From contig CAZPTH010000002.1 of NCBI GenBank assembly GCA_964589315.1, forward strand, positions 1,424 to 40,133: a stretch of DNA of 38,710 nucleotides. Reading direction: 5' to 3'. The stretch comes from an uncultured Thermodesulfobacteriota bacterium (lineage in GTDB: Bacteria > Desulfobacterota > S145-22). The position numbers were made by a program, and so were the translations under genes. Position 1 is the stretch's first letter; every line of letters begins with the position of its first letter. This document shows, in pieces, positions 14,986 to 23,705 of the stretch. Below the pieces are notes generated by a model. That model was not told where the DNA came from. It saw only the letters and a list, made by a program, of their open reading frames with translations, and did not search any database.

Positions 14986-15531
14986 ATGGAAGAGAACCAG
15001 GAAGCGCAGCTCGTAAACCTCGCAAGGGAAGGGAGCCGTGACGCGATGGAACAGCTCATGGCCCGATATGAAAAAGAGATCTATTTCCACGTCTTCCGAA
15101 TGACGCGACACGTGGAGGACGCGAGGGACCTGGCCCAGGAAATCTTCATCAAGGCCTTCAGGAAACTGGATGGCTTCAAGGGGAACAGTTCCTTCCGGAC
15201 CTGGCTTTACAGGATCGCCACCCATCATACCTTGAATTTCCTGAGCCGCCGCCCACCTTCTGGGTCCTCCGATCCCCTGCCAGACCTTGCCGACCCCTCC
15301 AGGCCCGCGCCTGAAACCATGGACAGGGCAGAGCTCAGTCACCACGTCTCCAGGGCCATCGACAGGCTCCCGGGGAGACAAAAGGCCGTCGTTCTTCTCA
15401 AGGCCTACGAGGGCCTGACCTACAAGGAGATTGCCCAGGTCCTCGAGTGTTCCATCGGAAACTGCAAGGCAACGTATCACAACGCCATCATAAAACTCAG
15501 GGAGATATTAAAAAATGAAACCATCCTGTAA
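14986..15531 (+). CDS. ECF (group IV) RNA polymerase sigma-70 family factor
   Basis: ORF track 14875..15531, trimmed to the ATG at 14986 (MEENQEAQLVNLAREGSRDAMEQLMARYEKEIYF...). Region 2 (DARDLAQEIFIKAFRKL..FRTWLYRIA) and region 4 (GLTYKEIAQVLECSIGNCKATYHNAIIKLR) are recognisable. Confidence 0.9.
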   Translation: MEENQEAQLVNLAREGSRDAMEQLMARYEKEIYFHVFRMTRHVEDARDLAQEIFIKAFRKLDGFKGNSSFRTWLYRIATHHTLNFLSRRPPSGSSDPLPDLADPSRPAPETMDRAELSHHVSRAIDRLPGRQKAVVLLKAYEGLTYKEIAQVLECSIGNCKATYHNAIIKLREILKNETIL

Positions 15532-16120
15532 GGAAATCCAGCAAATGATCCTCGCCCGGCAGCAGGGAGGGGCCCTCTCGTCATCCGAGATAGAGGCCCT
15601 CGAACACCACCTTGCCACTTGTCCCGCGTGCCGCTCGTTCGAAAGAGATGTCACCCGAATCTTTGAAGGGATCGAGGCGGACAGCCTTCCCTCCCTTCCG
15701 GACGAATTCTTCCTCGAAATGCGGCGGGAAACCCTCCAGGCCCTCTCGAACGAAAATGCCAAAAACCTCCCCGTCAGGAAGCACCTCTCGAGATTCCCCT
15801 GGTTTCCAACCCTTCGCTGGAAAAGGGTCCTCGTCCCCGCCTTCACGGGTCTTTGCGGGCTCCTTCTCGGGTTTCTTCTCGCCACCGCCCGGGCCCCATC
15901 CCGGCCCACCCCTACCGTGGCTCAGAACCTGGAAATTCCCGTCCAAACGGTTTCTGAACCCAGCGAGTCCGCAGCGCTCGTAGATATATTTGAGGATTAT
16001 GCCGGACCGGCCGATCTCATTGTGAATATGGACGATCCCCGCATGGAGGCCCTCATTTCCCAGTGGTCCGACGAGCTGCCGAGCTCCCTCCTGGAGGACA
16101 TTTCGAACGAAACCGGTTAG
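15515..16120 (+). CDS. Anti-sigma factor with a zinc-binding (ZAS, H-x3-C-x2-C) N-terminal domain and one TM segment
   Basis: Overlaps the sigma gene by 17 nt. It carries the HLATCPAC motif, the TM helix VLVPAFTGLCGLLLGFLLA, and an acidic C-terminal domain. Confidence 0.8.
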   Translation: MKPSCKEIQQMILARQQGGALSSSEIEALEHHLATCPACRSFERDVTRIFEGIEADSLPSLPDEFFLEMRRETLQALSNENAKNLPVRKHLSRFPWFPTLRWKRVLVPAFTGLCGLLLGFLLATARAPSRPTPTVAQNLEIPVQTVSEPSESAALVDIFEDYAGPADLIVNMDDPRMEALISQWSDELPSSLLEDISNETG

Positions 16121-17517
16121 GAGGCCTTTTTCGCCTTCTTGCCCAGCCCCCCCATCCCCCAGGCCTTCAGGAGATACTCGATCTTTCGCTTACTGATCCC
16201 CAGCATTTCCGCGGCGCGCCCCCGGTGATACCCCACGGCCTCGAGGGTCTTCAGGATAAGGGCCTTCTCGGCCTCTTTCAAGGAGATCCCCACGGGGAGA
16301 ATCACGGACTGGCCTTCCCCCTCCCCCTGCGCCATTTCACGAAGATGCTCCGGCAGGGATTCTACCCCAATTTCTCGACCGGGGCAGAGGATCACGGCCC
16401 GTTCTATCACGTGTTCAAGCTCCCGCACGTTGCCCGGCCAGTCATAGCTCTCCAGCAGCCGCAGGGCCTCGGGAGAAAAACCCTCAATCCCCTTTTTCTG
16501 GGCAGTCGAAAAGCGCTCGAGAAAGGCCCGCGCCAGGACCGGAATATCCCCTTTCCTCTCGCGCAGGGGGGGGACACGAAGGGTAATCACGTTCAACCGG
16601 TAGAAAAGGTCTTCCCGGAAGGTCCCCTTTTTGATCGCCTCACTTAGGTCCCGGTTGGTGGCCGAAAGGATACGCACGTCGGCCCGGAGGGAGCGGGTCC
16701 CTCCCAGACGTTCAAACGTCCCGTATTCCAGGGTCCGCAGGATCTTTGCCTGCGTCTCCAGGCTCATCTCCCCGATTTCATCCAGGAAGAGGGTCCCGCC
16801 ACTGGCGAGCTCGAATCTCCCCTTCTTCTGCTTGACAGCCCCGGTAAACGCCCCCTTTTCATGGCCGAAGAGTTCACTCTCCAGGAGATTCTCATGGAGC
16901 GCCGCACAATTCACCACGACGAAGGGGCCTTCCGCCCGCTCGCTGGTCCGGTGAATCGCCCGCGCGACGAGTTCCTTTCCCGTCCCCGTTTCGCCCTCAA
17001 TCAGGACGGGAACATCCGTGGGGGCCACCTCGCGTATCGTCTTCAGGACCGCCCGGATCTCCCGCGATGTGCCCAGGATGTCAGGGGAAACCCGCTGCCC
17101 GCTCAGGCGCCTGACCAGCTCCCGGTTCTGGCGGATCAACGCCCGCTTCTCGAGGATGCGGGAGAGGACGATCTCCAGCTCATCCGGGTTGAGGGGTTTC
17201 GTCAGATACGACTCCGCCCCCATACGCATGGCCTCCACGGCATCCTGGATACTGCCATACCCCGTCATGAGAATGACGTCCGTCTCCGGGTATGTGCGCC
17301 GGACCTCTTCCATGAGCTGGATGCCGTTCATATCGGGGAGGCGGATATCCGAAATCATCACGTCGACGGGCCTGGCACCCAGGGTCTCGAGGGCCTCCCG
17401 TGCCCGCTCCACCGCGGTGATCTCCCGACCGGGCCGCGACAGGAACTGGCGCATTCCCTTCAGGGTATTGGTGTCATCATCCACGATAAGGATCGTGGCT
17501 TGGTCTTCATCAGGCAT
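16117..17517 (-). CDS. Sigma54-dependent response regulator (NtrC/Fis family: REC + AAA+ + HTH)
   Basis: REC domain (ILIVDDD...DVMISDIRLPDMNG), Walker A GETGTGKE, the sigma54-contact motif GAFTGA, and a C-terminal Fis-type HTH (RGRAAEMLGISKRKIEYLLK). Confidence 0.92.
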   Translation of the reverse strand: MPDEDQATILIVDDDTNTLKGMRQFLSRPGREITAVERAREALETLGARPVDVMISDIRLPDMNGIQLMEEVRRTYPETDVILMTGYGSIQDAVEAMRMGAESYLTKPLNPDELEIVLSRILEKRALIRQNRELVRRLSGQRVSPDILGTSREIRAVLKTIREVAPTDVPVLIEGETGTGKELVARAIHRTSERAEGPFVVVNCAALHENLLESELFGHEKGAFTGAVKQKKGRFELASGGTLFLDEIGEMSLETQAKILRTLEYGTFERLGGTRSLRADVRILSATNRDLSEAIKKGTFREDLFYRLNVITLRVPPLRERKGDIPVLARAFLERFSTAQKKGIEGFSPEALRLLESYDWPGNVRELEHVIERAVILCPGREIGVESLPEHLREMAQGEGEGQSVILPVGISLKEAEKALILKTLEAVGYHRGRAAEMLGISKRKIEYLLKAWGMGGLGKKAKKAS

Positions 17518-18613
17518 TCTTATTCCCTCCCGGCAAAGTTATCCGGAAGGTCGCCCCGGACGTGGAAGGCACGAGTGCAATCGCTCCGCCATGGGCCTCC
17601 ACGATATTTTTCACGATGGACAGGCCAAGCCCCGTCCCCTTCGGTTTTCCGGAAAAGAATGGATCAAAGATCTTCCTCGCCAGGGACTTGGGAATCCCGG
17701 GGCCGTTATCGGAAACGCTCAGGACACAGGTGCCATCCCCTTCCTGAATCACGGAAATTCGGATCTGCCCCCCCTCCGGAAGGGCGTCCATCGCGTTCCG
17801 GATGAGATTCACCAGGACCTGGCGGAAGCGATCCCGGTCGACCCTGGCCATGCACGGGCCCTCTCCCGTTTCTACCGTTACTTTGATCCCCCGCTCGTCC
17901 AGGTCTCCACGCAGGAGATCCAGCGCCGTCTCTACCACCTCTCTCACATCAGCCAAAACCGGCCTGAGCGATTCCTGGCGGGTAAAGGTCAGGAAATCTT
18001 CAGTTATCTTGGTGAGACGGGCAATCTCCTCGTTGACGATCTCCAGGGCCTCCGAAATCTGACCCACGCAGGCCGTGTCCGTGCATGTCTCCTTGATCTT
18101 CCTGAGCAGGGCCATCTGAAAGGAGATGGCATTGAGAGGATTCCTTACCTCGTGCGCCAGCTCCGCCGCGAACTGACCGATGGCCTTGAGGGTGCGGGAT
18201 CGAATGACCTCCTGTTCCAGCCGCTTTTCCTGCGTAACATCCCGGGTGATCTCCACCACGTAGGGAATCTCCCCCCTGGGGTCTCTGAGGGGATAGGTGG
18301 TCAGGAGGAAAAAATAGGGGTCGCCCTCCGTGTCCGTGTAGCCGAACTCCGTGTGGAGGGTTTCCCCCGTTTCAAAGGTCTTCTGCGTGGTGCAGTAGGG
18401 ACAGGGCCGGTCAAAGTGGTTGAAGACCTCGTAGCATTTATACCCCAAGACCTGCTCCGGTTCCTTGAACAACCGCCGGGCGGCCGTCCTGTTCACGTAG
18501 AGGACACGGTAGTCCCGATCCACGATCTTCAGGTCGTCCGTCAGGCCGTCAATGACCCCCTGAAAATACTCCTGAACCGGAAAATCAGAGTTTTCTCTCC
18601 CCGTTTTCTTCAT
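17510..18613 (-). CDS. Cytoplasmic PAS-domain sensor histidine kinase
   Basis: No TM segment. The PAS region contains CYEVFNHFDRPCPYC, the H-box is ELAHEVRNPLNAI, and the HATPase_c motifs are NLIRNAMDA, DNGPGI and GTGLGLSI. It overlaps the regulator gene by 8 nt. Confidence 0.9.
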   Translation of the reverse strand: MKKTGRENSDFPVQEYFQGVIDGLTDDLKIVDRDYRVLYVNRTAARRLFKEPEQVLGYKCYEVFNHFDRPCPYCTTQKTFETGETLHTEFGYTDTEGDPYFFLLTTYPLRDPRGEIPYVVEITRDVTQEKRLEQEVIRSRTLKAIGQFAAELAHEVRNPLNAISFQMALLRKIKETCTDTACVGQISEALEIVNEEIARLTKITEDFLTFTRQESLRPVLADVREVVETALDLLRGDLDERGIKVTVETGEGPCMARVDRDRFRQVLVNLIRNAMDALPEGGQIRISVIQEGDGTCVLSVSDNGPGIPKSLARKIFDPFFSGKPKGTGLGLSIVKNIVEAHGGAIALVPSTSGATFRITLPGGNKNA

Positions 18614-18659
18614 TTCGTTACCAGTTTACCCCCACGGGACACAAATGCAAACCCGGGGA

Positions 18660-20273
18660 TTATCCCCCTCCCGAAAAATATTTCAAATAGGTCCGGCCCT
18701 TGACCATGAAGATGATTCTTTCCTCCCTGAAGGGTTGAATATACAGGAAGGCCTCCTTTTCCAGATTTCTACCGGGCTTTATTCTCAAGGTATCGATCAC
18801 GAGGCAGTCCGGGTGTTCCTTCAGGTACTCCTTGAAACGGCTCCCCTTCAACATGACAAGGGGTCTCTTCAATCTCCCAAGGAACTGGAATTCCCCGTGA
18901 TACGTCCCGATATACGCCACGCAATTCCCCGCGTCCATCCTTTTCTTAATCAGTCTTGCAAGGGGCTGCAGGTTATACTTCTGCAGGGGACCCCTCCCCG
19001 CGCTGATAATAAACAGAGACAGGATCACCGCCACGCTGATCGCGACACCCTTCAACACCCCCTCCTCAGACCTGAACCTGCGGAGAAGAAGAAAAATCCC
19101 CAACCCCAAAAGGACGCACGCGACAGGCAGCACGGTCCCCCAGGAAAGCCTTCCCGTGTTGGACCCCAAAGGGATCATCGGCAGAAACAGGGCTCCGCTT
19201 CCCAGGATCACCATGGTAATCGCGATTGTCCAGGGCCTCCGATACCGGGTCGGGAATCTCTCTTCCCACCGGGAAAAATTCCTGGCAACCACGAGAATCA
19301 TGCCAGGAATGGAGGGCAGGAGATAGTAAACCTGCTTTCCACTGACCAGGGAAAGAATCACAAAGGTAGAAAGGAACCAGACCGCACAGGCTTTTGTCCC
19401 CATTTCCCCTATTCCTTCCTTAGAGAAAAGTCCCGTCCATGCCCCTTTCAGGAAAATCCATGGCAGAAAAACAACGGGGATCATGGGAAAATACCACCAG
19501 ACTGGCCGTTGATGCGCGAAAGAGGAAACAACCCGTTCCGCCGTCTGGTGCCAAAGGATGGCATGCCGATAGGCGGGCCCTCCCCGGATGACGGCGGGAA
19601 TCACCCAGAAACCGGCAAGGAGAATCCCCAGGAGGATGGCGCCTATGGCCTTGGCAATCCACGAGAAACCCTCCCCTTTACGGAGCTCCCCCCACCAGAA
19701 GGCCCCCAAAAGCAGGGGAACGACATGCACCAGAACCACGGGCCCCTTCGTCAGGATTCCCCCGGCAATCCCAATGGAGACAAGCCCCCATCCCTTAAAT
19801 CCCCTTTGTCTGATGGCCAAAAGGACGCCGAAAACGGCGAGGAGGACCCAGAACGTCAGGAGCATCTCGTAGATAACGAGAAATGACCACACCAGGTAGA
19901 TGAGGGTGGAAGCGAGGAGAAGGGCGGCATATCTTGCCGTTTTCCTGTCCCCCGGCCAGAGCAAAAGCGCGATCCTGTAAACCAAAAGGAGATTTGCCAT
20001 CCCAAACAGCATGGGGATGAGACGGGGCGTGACCTCGTTGACCCCAAAAATCAACCAGGAGAGGTGAATGAGCCAGAAGAGGAAGGGAGGTTTGTGGGAG
20101 TAGGGAACCCCGTTCAGAAGGGGAACCAGGAAGGATTTGTTCAGCCACATCTCCCAGGCCACAGCCAGGCTCCGCGTTTCATCGATGGGAAAAAACGGCA
20201 GGAGGCAAATGGCGCTCACCCCCACGCACAGGATGATCCCAAAGGCGATTCCCAGGTCCTTGAAGGTTCTCAT
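18660..20273 (-). CDS. GT39/GT83-like (ArnT/PMT-type) polytopic glycosyltransferase
   Basis: 537-aa ORF with about 12 predicted TM helices. It has an early loop acidic motif (PIDETRSLAVAWEMW) like the ArnT/PMT family and a soluble C-terminal domain. Confidence 0.75.
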   Translation of the reverse strand: MRTFKDLGIAFGIILCVGVSAICLLPFFPIDETRSLAVAWEMWLNKSFLVPLLNGVPYSHKPPFLFWLIHLSWLIFGVNEVTPRLIPMLFGMANLLLVYRIALLLWPGDRKTARYAALLLASTLIYLVWSFLVIYEMLLTFWVLLAVFGVLLAIRQRGFKGWGLVSIGIAGGILTKGPVVLVHVVPLLLGAFWWGELRKGEGFSWIAKAIGAILLGILLAGFWVIPAVIRGGPAYRHAILWHQTAERVVSSFAHQRPVWWYFPMIPVVFLPWIFLKGAWTGLFSKEGIGEMGTKACAVWFLSTFVILSLVSGKQVYYLLPSIPGMILVVARNFSRWEERFPTRYRRPWTIAITMVILGSGALFLPMIPLGSNTGRLSWGTVLPVACVLLGLGIFLLLRRFRSEEGVLKGVAISVAVILSLFIISAGRGPLQKYNLQPLARLIKKRMDAGNCVAYIGTYHGEFQFLGRLKRPLVMLKGSRFKEYLKEHPDCLVIDTLRIKPGRNLEKEAFLYIQPFREERIIFMVKGRTYLKYFSGGG

Positions 20274-20342
20274 GCCCGTCCCTTCACGGCGTCAGTTGAC
20301 TTCATGAGTAAAGCCGGGGGGACTCCCGTCAGGATAAAGAGG

Positions 20343-21236
20343 TTATGGAAGCAGGTGGCTCTCAATGATCTGGTCCACTGAAAAATCGGGTATCTGGAGG
20401 TAGAAACGAATCACTTCCTCGAGGGCAGCCATGGGAGCCAGGCCGATCAGCTCGCACTCGGCAATCGATACCCCATATCGCGCCGCCTCGAACCGTATGG
20501 TCTCAACCACGCGATGGATGGGGGTTTCCCTGAAATTCACCAGGTTCATGGAGACCTGAACCATGGCCTTGTCTTCCAGCACGACCCCCATGGCCTTGAC
20601 CGCCTTGTATCCACCTGTCTTATGGCGCACGGCCCGGGCAATGGCATCCGCGATCCCCTTGTCCGTGGTTCGAAGGTTGACGTTGAAGGCGATCAGGGGG
20701 GGACGCGCCCCGACGATGGTGGCGCCGGCCTTGGGGTTAAAATCCGGAACACCGGCATCCGGCTTTCCATCAGGTCGTTCGAGCTTCTCGGGCAAGCCCT
20801 CATACTGTCCCCTCCGCACGTCCGCCAGGTTTCGTCTCTCCTCTCTCAGGGCGGCCGCTTCGTAAAAATAAATGGGGATTTTGGCCTTTTCTCCCAGCTC
20901 CCTGCCGAACCGATGGGCGATCTCCACCGCTTCGTCCATCTCCATCCCGCGGACGGGAACGAAGGGAACCACGTCCACCGCCCCCATCCTCGGGTGGCTT
21001 CCCTGGTGGTCGCGCATGTCAATGCGATCTATGGCCGCCAGGGCCAAGGCCAGCATGGCCTTGGGGACCTCGTCCGCCGGCCCGAGCAGGGTAATAACGC
21101 TTCGGTTGTGATCCCTGTCCGAAGAGACATCCAGACACTTCACCTGTCCATACGGTTTCAGGGCCTCAAGAATTTCCTCGATCTTCGTCTTGTCCCGTCC
21201 CTCGCTGATATTGGGGATGCATTCCAAAACTTTCAT
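20343..21236 (-). CDS. Glutamate formimidoyltransferase (FtcD N-terminal-type, folate-dependent)
   Basis: ORF track 20343..21266, trimmed to the ATG at 21236, which has a GAGGG SD. The N-terminus MKVLECIPNISEGRD is the hallmark of formiminotransferases. Confidence 0.85.
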   Translation of the reverse strand: MKVLECIPNISEGRDKTKIEEILEALKPYGQVKCLDVSSDRDHNRSVITLLGPADEVPKAMLALALAAIDRIDMRDHQGSHPRMGAVDVVPFVPVRGMEMDEAVEIAHRFGRELGEKAKIPIYFYEAAALREERRNLADVRRGQYEGLPEKLERPDGKPDAGVPDFNPKAGATIVGARPPLIAFNVNLRTTDKGIADAIARAVRHKTGGYKAVKAMGVVLEDKAMVQVSMNLVNFRETPIHRVVETIRFEAARYGVSIAECELIGLAPMAALEEVIRFYLQIPDFSVDQIIESHLLP

Positions 21237-21287
21237 TGACTCATACCCTCTATTTAAAATTTCCATTTATGATAGCAGAATGGCGCC

Positions 21288-21410
21288 CCACGGGTAAACC
21301 CGTGGTCCCTGTGGCCAGCCACCAGACTTAAAAGGGCGACATCACGCGAAGGGGATAACAACCACATGCCTCCCCGCGCAAACGCGGAGTCACCCGCGAA
21401 GGCGGATGAA
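21288..21410. other. GC-rich, hairpin-dense intergenic element; the strand and class are unresolved (RNA element or repeat)
   Basis: Perfect hairpin CCACGGG-TAAA-CCCGTGG at 21288..21305, plus further stems around 21375..21410. There is an imperfect direct repeat TCAC(CC)GCGAAGG(C)GGAT at 21342..21356 and 21390..21407. The flanks are AT-rich. Confidence 0.3.
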
Positions 21411-21414
21411 CGCG

Positions 21415-21455
21415 CAGATAAAATAAGGGGGCAGAGTTCATAAAACCCTGCCCCC
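21415..21455 (-). terminator. Rho-independent terminator of the cytochrome c3 gene
   Basis: On the minus strand: GGGGGCAG...CUGCCCCC (21455..21448 / 21434..21427) followed by UUAUUUUAU. It lies ~20 nt after the stop codon at 21475. Confidence 0.7.
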
Positions 21456-21474
21456 GGAAATACCAAAACCTCAG

Positions 21475-21855
21475 TTATTTTTTGTGGCAACCACTGCACT
21501 TGGTCGGCCCAGCTTTCTTCCCGGCCTTCTTGAATGCCTTATGGCAACCCTTACAGCTATGATCGCTCTTGTGCGCCATGTCGTAGAGCTTGGGGACATC
21601 CCCTTCCTTCTTTTCCTTGTGGCACTCCTTGCAGCCCTTGGGCTCTTTCGTCTTGTCCTTCCACATGTGGTGGCACTTTTCGCACTTCACTCCCGCCTTC
21701 ATGTGGATGGAATGATCGAATGTTACCGGTCCCTTCTTGTTCTCGAACGTCAGGGGCTTATCCGGGGCCTTTACCGCGCCGGCATAGACCATTGTCACAG
21801 CCACCATGGATACCACGAATAGAACCGCAATAAACCCGATGAAAAATTTCTTCAC
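21475..21855 (-). CDS. Tetraheme c3-type (class III) cytochrome c with an N-terminal signal/anchor
   Basis: Four CxxCH motifs (CEKCH, CKECH, CKGCH, CSGCH) within about 90 aa, and an N-terminal hydrophobic segment. The start is placed at the second GTG (21855), 8 nt after an AGGAGG SD; the ORF track starts at 21864. Confidence 0.85.
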   Translation of the reverse strand: MKKFFIGFIAVLFVVSMVAVTMVYAGAVKAPDKPLTFENKKGPVTFDHSIHMKAGVKCEKCHHMWKDKTKEPKGCKECHKEKKEGDVPKLYDMAHKSDHSCKGCHKAFKKAGKKAGPTKCSGCHKK

Positions 21856-22054
21856 GTATCTCACCTCCTTTCCTCTGTTGTCTTTTTAGACGTGTGGTTG
21901 ATGATGTTTATTCATACCTGCCATATCTATTGATACATTTATTAAACACGATTTGGTCCGATTGTCAAGTGAAACAAGTGAAAAAAATAACAAAAGCCTT
22001 CCCCGCGTTGGCTTGACATCCCCCAAACGGGTTGTTACAGAATCTCCCGGGAAT

Positions 22055-22588
22055 ATGGAAAAAACAGGGGATAAAAAGATAATCTTTGTTCTCGGTGGAG
22101 ACCGGAGCGGAAAGAGCCGTTACGCCCTCTCCATTGCCGAGTCCTACGGGTCCAGGGCCTTCATCGCCACGGCCCTCCCCATTGATAACGAGATGAAAAA
22201 ACGTATCGAAACCCACCAGAAGGAAAGGGGCGGCTCTTTCCAGACCGTTGAAGAACCTTACGACCTCGGAAAGGCCATTCGGAATCTCCCGCCAGCCACG
22301 GATATTACCGTCATCGACTGCCTGACTGTCTGGCTCGGAAATCTCCTCTTCAAATACGGGGGCATTTCCCGGGACACTGCCGAGATCGAGACCTTCTTCA
22401 GGGCCCTTACGGCCCCGCCCTGCACCCTTGTAATCGTCTCCAACGAAATCGGGCTCGGCATCATACCCGCGGACGCGTCTTCACGCCGTTTCCGGGACCT
22501 GATGGGACACATCAATCAGCAGGTGGCTGCCATCGCGGACGAGGCTGTTTTCATGGTCAGCGGCCTCCCCCTTCGACTCAAAGGATAA
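22055..22588 (+). CDS. cobU: Bifunctional adenosylcobinamide kinase / adenosylcobinamide-phosphate guanylyltransferase (CobU/CobP)
   Basis: ORF track 21953..22588, trimmed to the ATG at 22055. It has the P-loop LGGDRSGKSRYA, the family motifs ATA...DNEMKKRIETHQKER and VIDCLTVWLGNLL, and the tail SNEIGLGIIP. Confidence 0.85.
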   Translation: MEKTGDKKIIFVLGGDRSGKSRYALSIAESYGSRAFIATALPIDNEMKKRIETHQKERGGSFQTVEEPYDLGKAIRNLPPATDITVIDCLTVWLGNLLFKYGGISRDTAEIETFFRALTAPPCTLVIVSNEIGLGIIPADASSRRFRDLMGHINQQVAAIADEAVFMVSGLPLRLKG

Positions 22589-22610
22589 CGGGCGTAATCC
22601 GTCAATCGTC

Positions 22611-23615
22611 ATGATAACATGTTCTCTTCTCCTGATTACAGCCGTCACTATCGACGCCTTCCTCGGAGACCCCGCATACCCCTTCCATCCCGTCAGGCTC
22701 ATCGGTAAATCGATCCAGCTTCTCGAACCCATCTTCAGGAAGATACCGGTGCCGGAATTCCTCCAGGGGGCCTTCTTTGTCCTCCTCGTCCTGGGAATCT
22801 GGGAAGGAGTTCTTTTGGGCCTATTCCGGCTCCTTTCTGTCGCGGCCCCCGTGGTAACCCTCTTCGCCCTTTTCGTGCTTTACAGCAGTTTCGCCCTGCG
22901 GGACCTGACCCACCACATCCACCCCGTCATCCGCGCCCTTGAACAAGGCGATATGGCTGGCGCGAGAGAAAATCTCCAGAAAATCGTGGGCCGTGACACG
23001 GCAGTTCTGGACAGGCCGGGGATCCTCCGGGCCGCCATTGAAACCGCCGCCGAGGGATACGTGGACGGATTCCTCTCTCCCGTCTTCTGGTTTGCCCTTT
23101 TTTCCGTCCTGGGGGCGGCTCTCGGCAAATCTCCCTGTCTCTTCGGAATCCTCGGAGTTCTCGGATACCGGATTATCAACACCCTCGATTCCATGATCGG
23201 ATACAAAAGCGAAAAATACCTCTACTTCGGGCGATTCGCGGCCAGGCTCGACGATTGGGTAAACTTCGTCCCCGCCCGGCTCTCCATCCTCTTTCTCTTT
23301 CTGGCAGCCTGGCTGACGGGAAAAGACGCGGGAAAGGGGCTCGAATCGGTGGTGAAGTTCCGGCACTGCGCGGCCTCCCCCAACGCGGGACACCCGGAGA
23401 GCTTCGTCGCGGGGGCCTTCCATATCCGCCTGGGAGGACCCGTTCAATATCCCTTCGGGAGGGTGGAAAAACCCTTCATGGGTGACGGAGACCAGGCCCC
23501 GACACCCGAGACCCTCCGGCAGGTCACGCGTCTCATCACCCTATCCGGCTACCTCGCCGCGGGAATCATTGCCCTCTTCCTTGGCTTCTTCCCCCACATC
23601 TGGAAAAGTTTCTAA
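22611..23615 (+). CDS. cbiB: Adenosylcobinamide-phosphate synthase CbiB/CobD
   Basis: 334-aa membrane ORF. The N-terminus DAFLGDPAYPFHPVRLIGK and the motif SPNAGHPESFVAGA are characteristic of CbiB/CobD. Confidence 0.9.
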   Translation: MITCSLLLITAVTIDAFLGDPAYPFHPVRLIGKSIQLLEPIFRKIPVPEFLQGAFFVLLVLGIWEGVLLGLFRLLSVAAPVVTLFALFVLYSSFALRDLTHHIHPVIRALEQGDMAGARENLQKIVGRDTAVLDRPGILRAAIETAAEGYVDGFLSPVFWFALFSVLGAALGKSPCLFGILGVLGYRIINTLDSMIGYKSEKYLYFGRFAARLDDWVNFVPARLSILFLFLAAWLTGKDAGKGLESVVKFRHCAASPNAGHPESFVAGAFHIRLGGPVQYPFGRVEKPFMGDGDQAPTPETLRQVTRLITLSGYLAAGIIALFLGFFPHIWKSF

Positions 23616-23705
23616 AGAGAAATGAATTGTGATATGATGTAAAAAACATGAAAAACTGCGAAAAGAAAAATCCTCCCTCCCCGGGAAGGTGAAACCCCTG
23701 AACGT

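Noticed and set aside
21671-21685. Sigma54-like TGGCAC strings at 21671 and also around 6016.
   Set aside because: The -12 GC is mis-spaced or missing (TGGCAC-TTTTC-GCAC; TGGCAC-AATAC-AGTG). The first lies inside, and antisense to, the cytochrome gene. The second overlaps the start codon of the 67-aa ORF.
21865-22054. A cobalamin riboswitch upstream of cobU-cbiB.
   Set aside because: I looked for the B12-box (AGYCMGgAgaCCkGCc-like) and the GGGAA / GGTGC core elements on the plus strand and found none. The region is AT-rich and better explained by divergent promoters: TTGACA-N17-TACAGA for cobU, and TTGACA-N17-TTAATA on the minus strand for the cytochrome.
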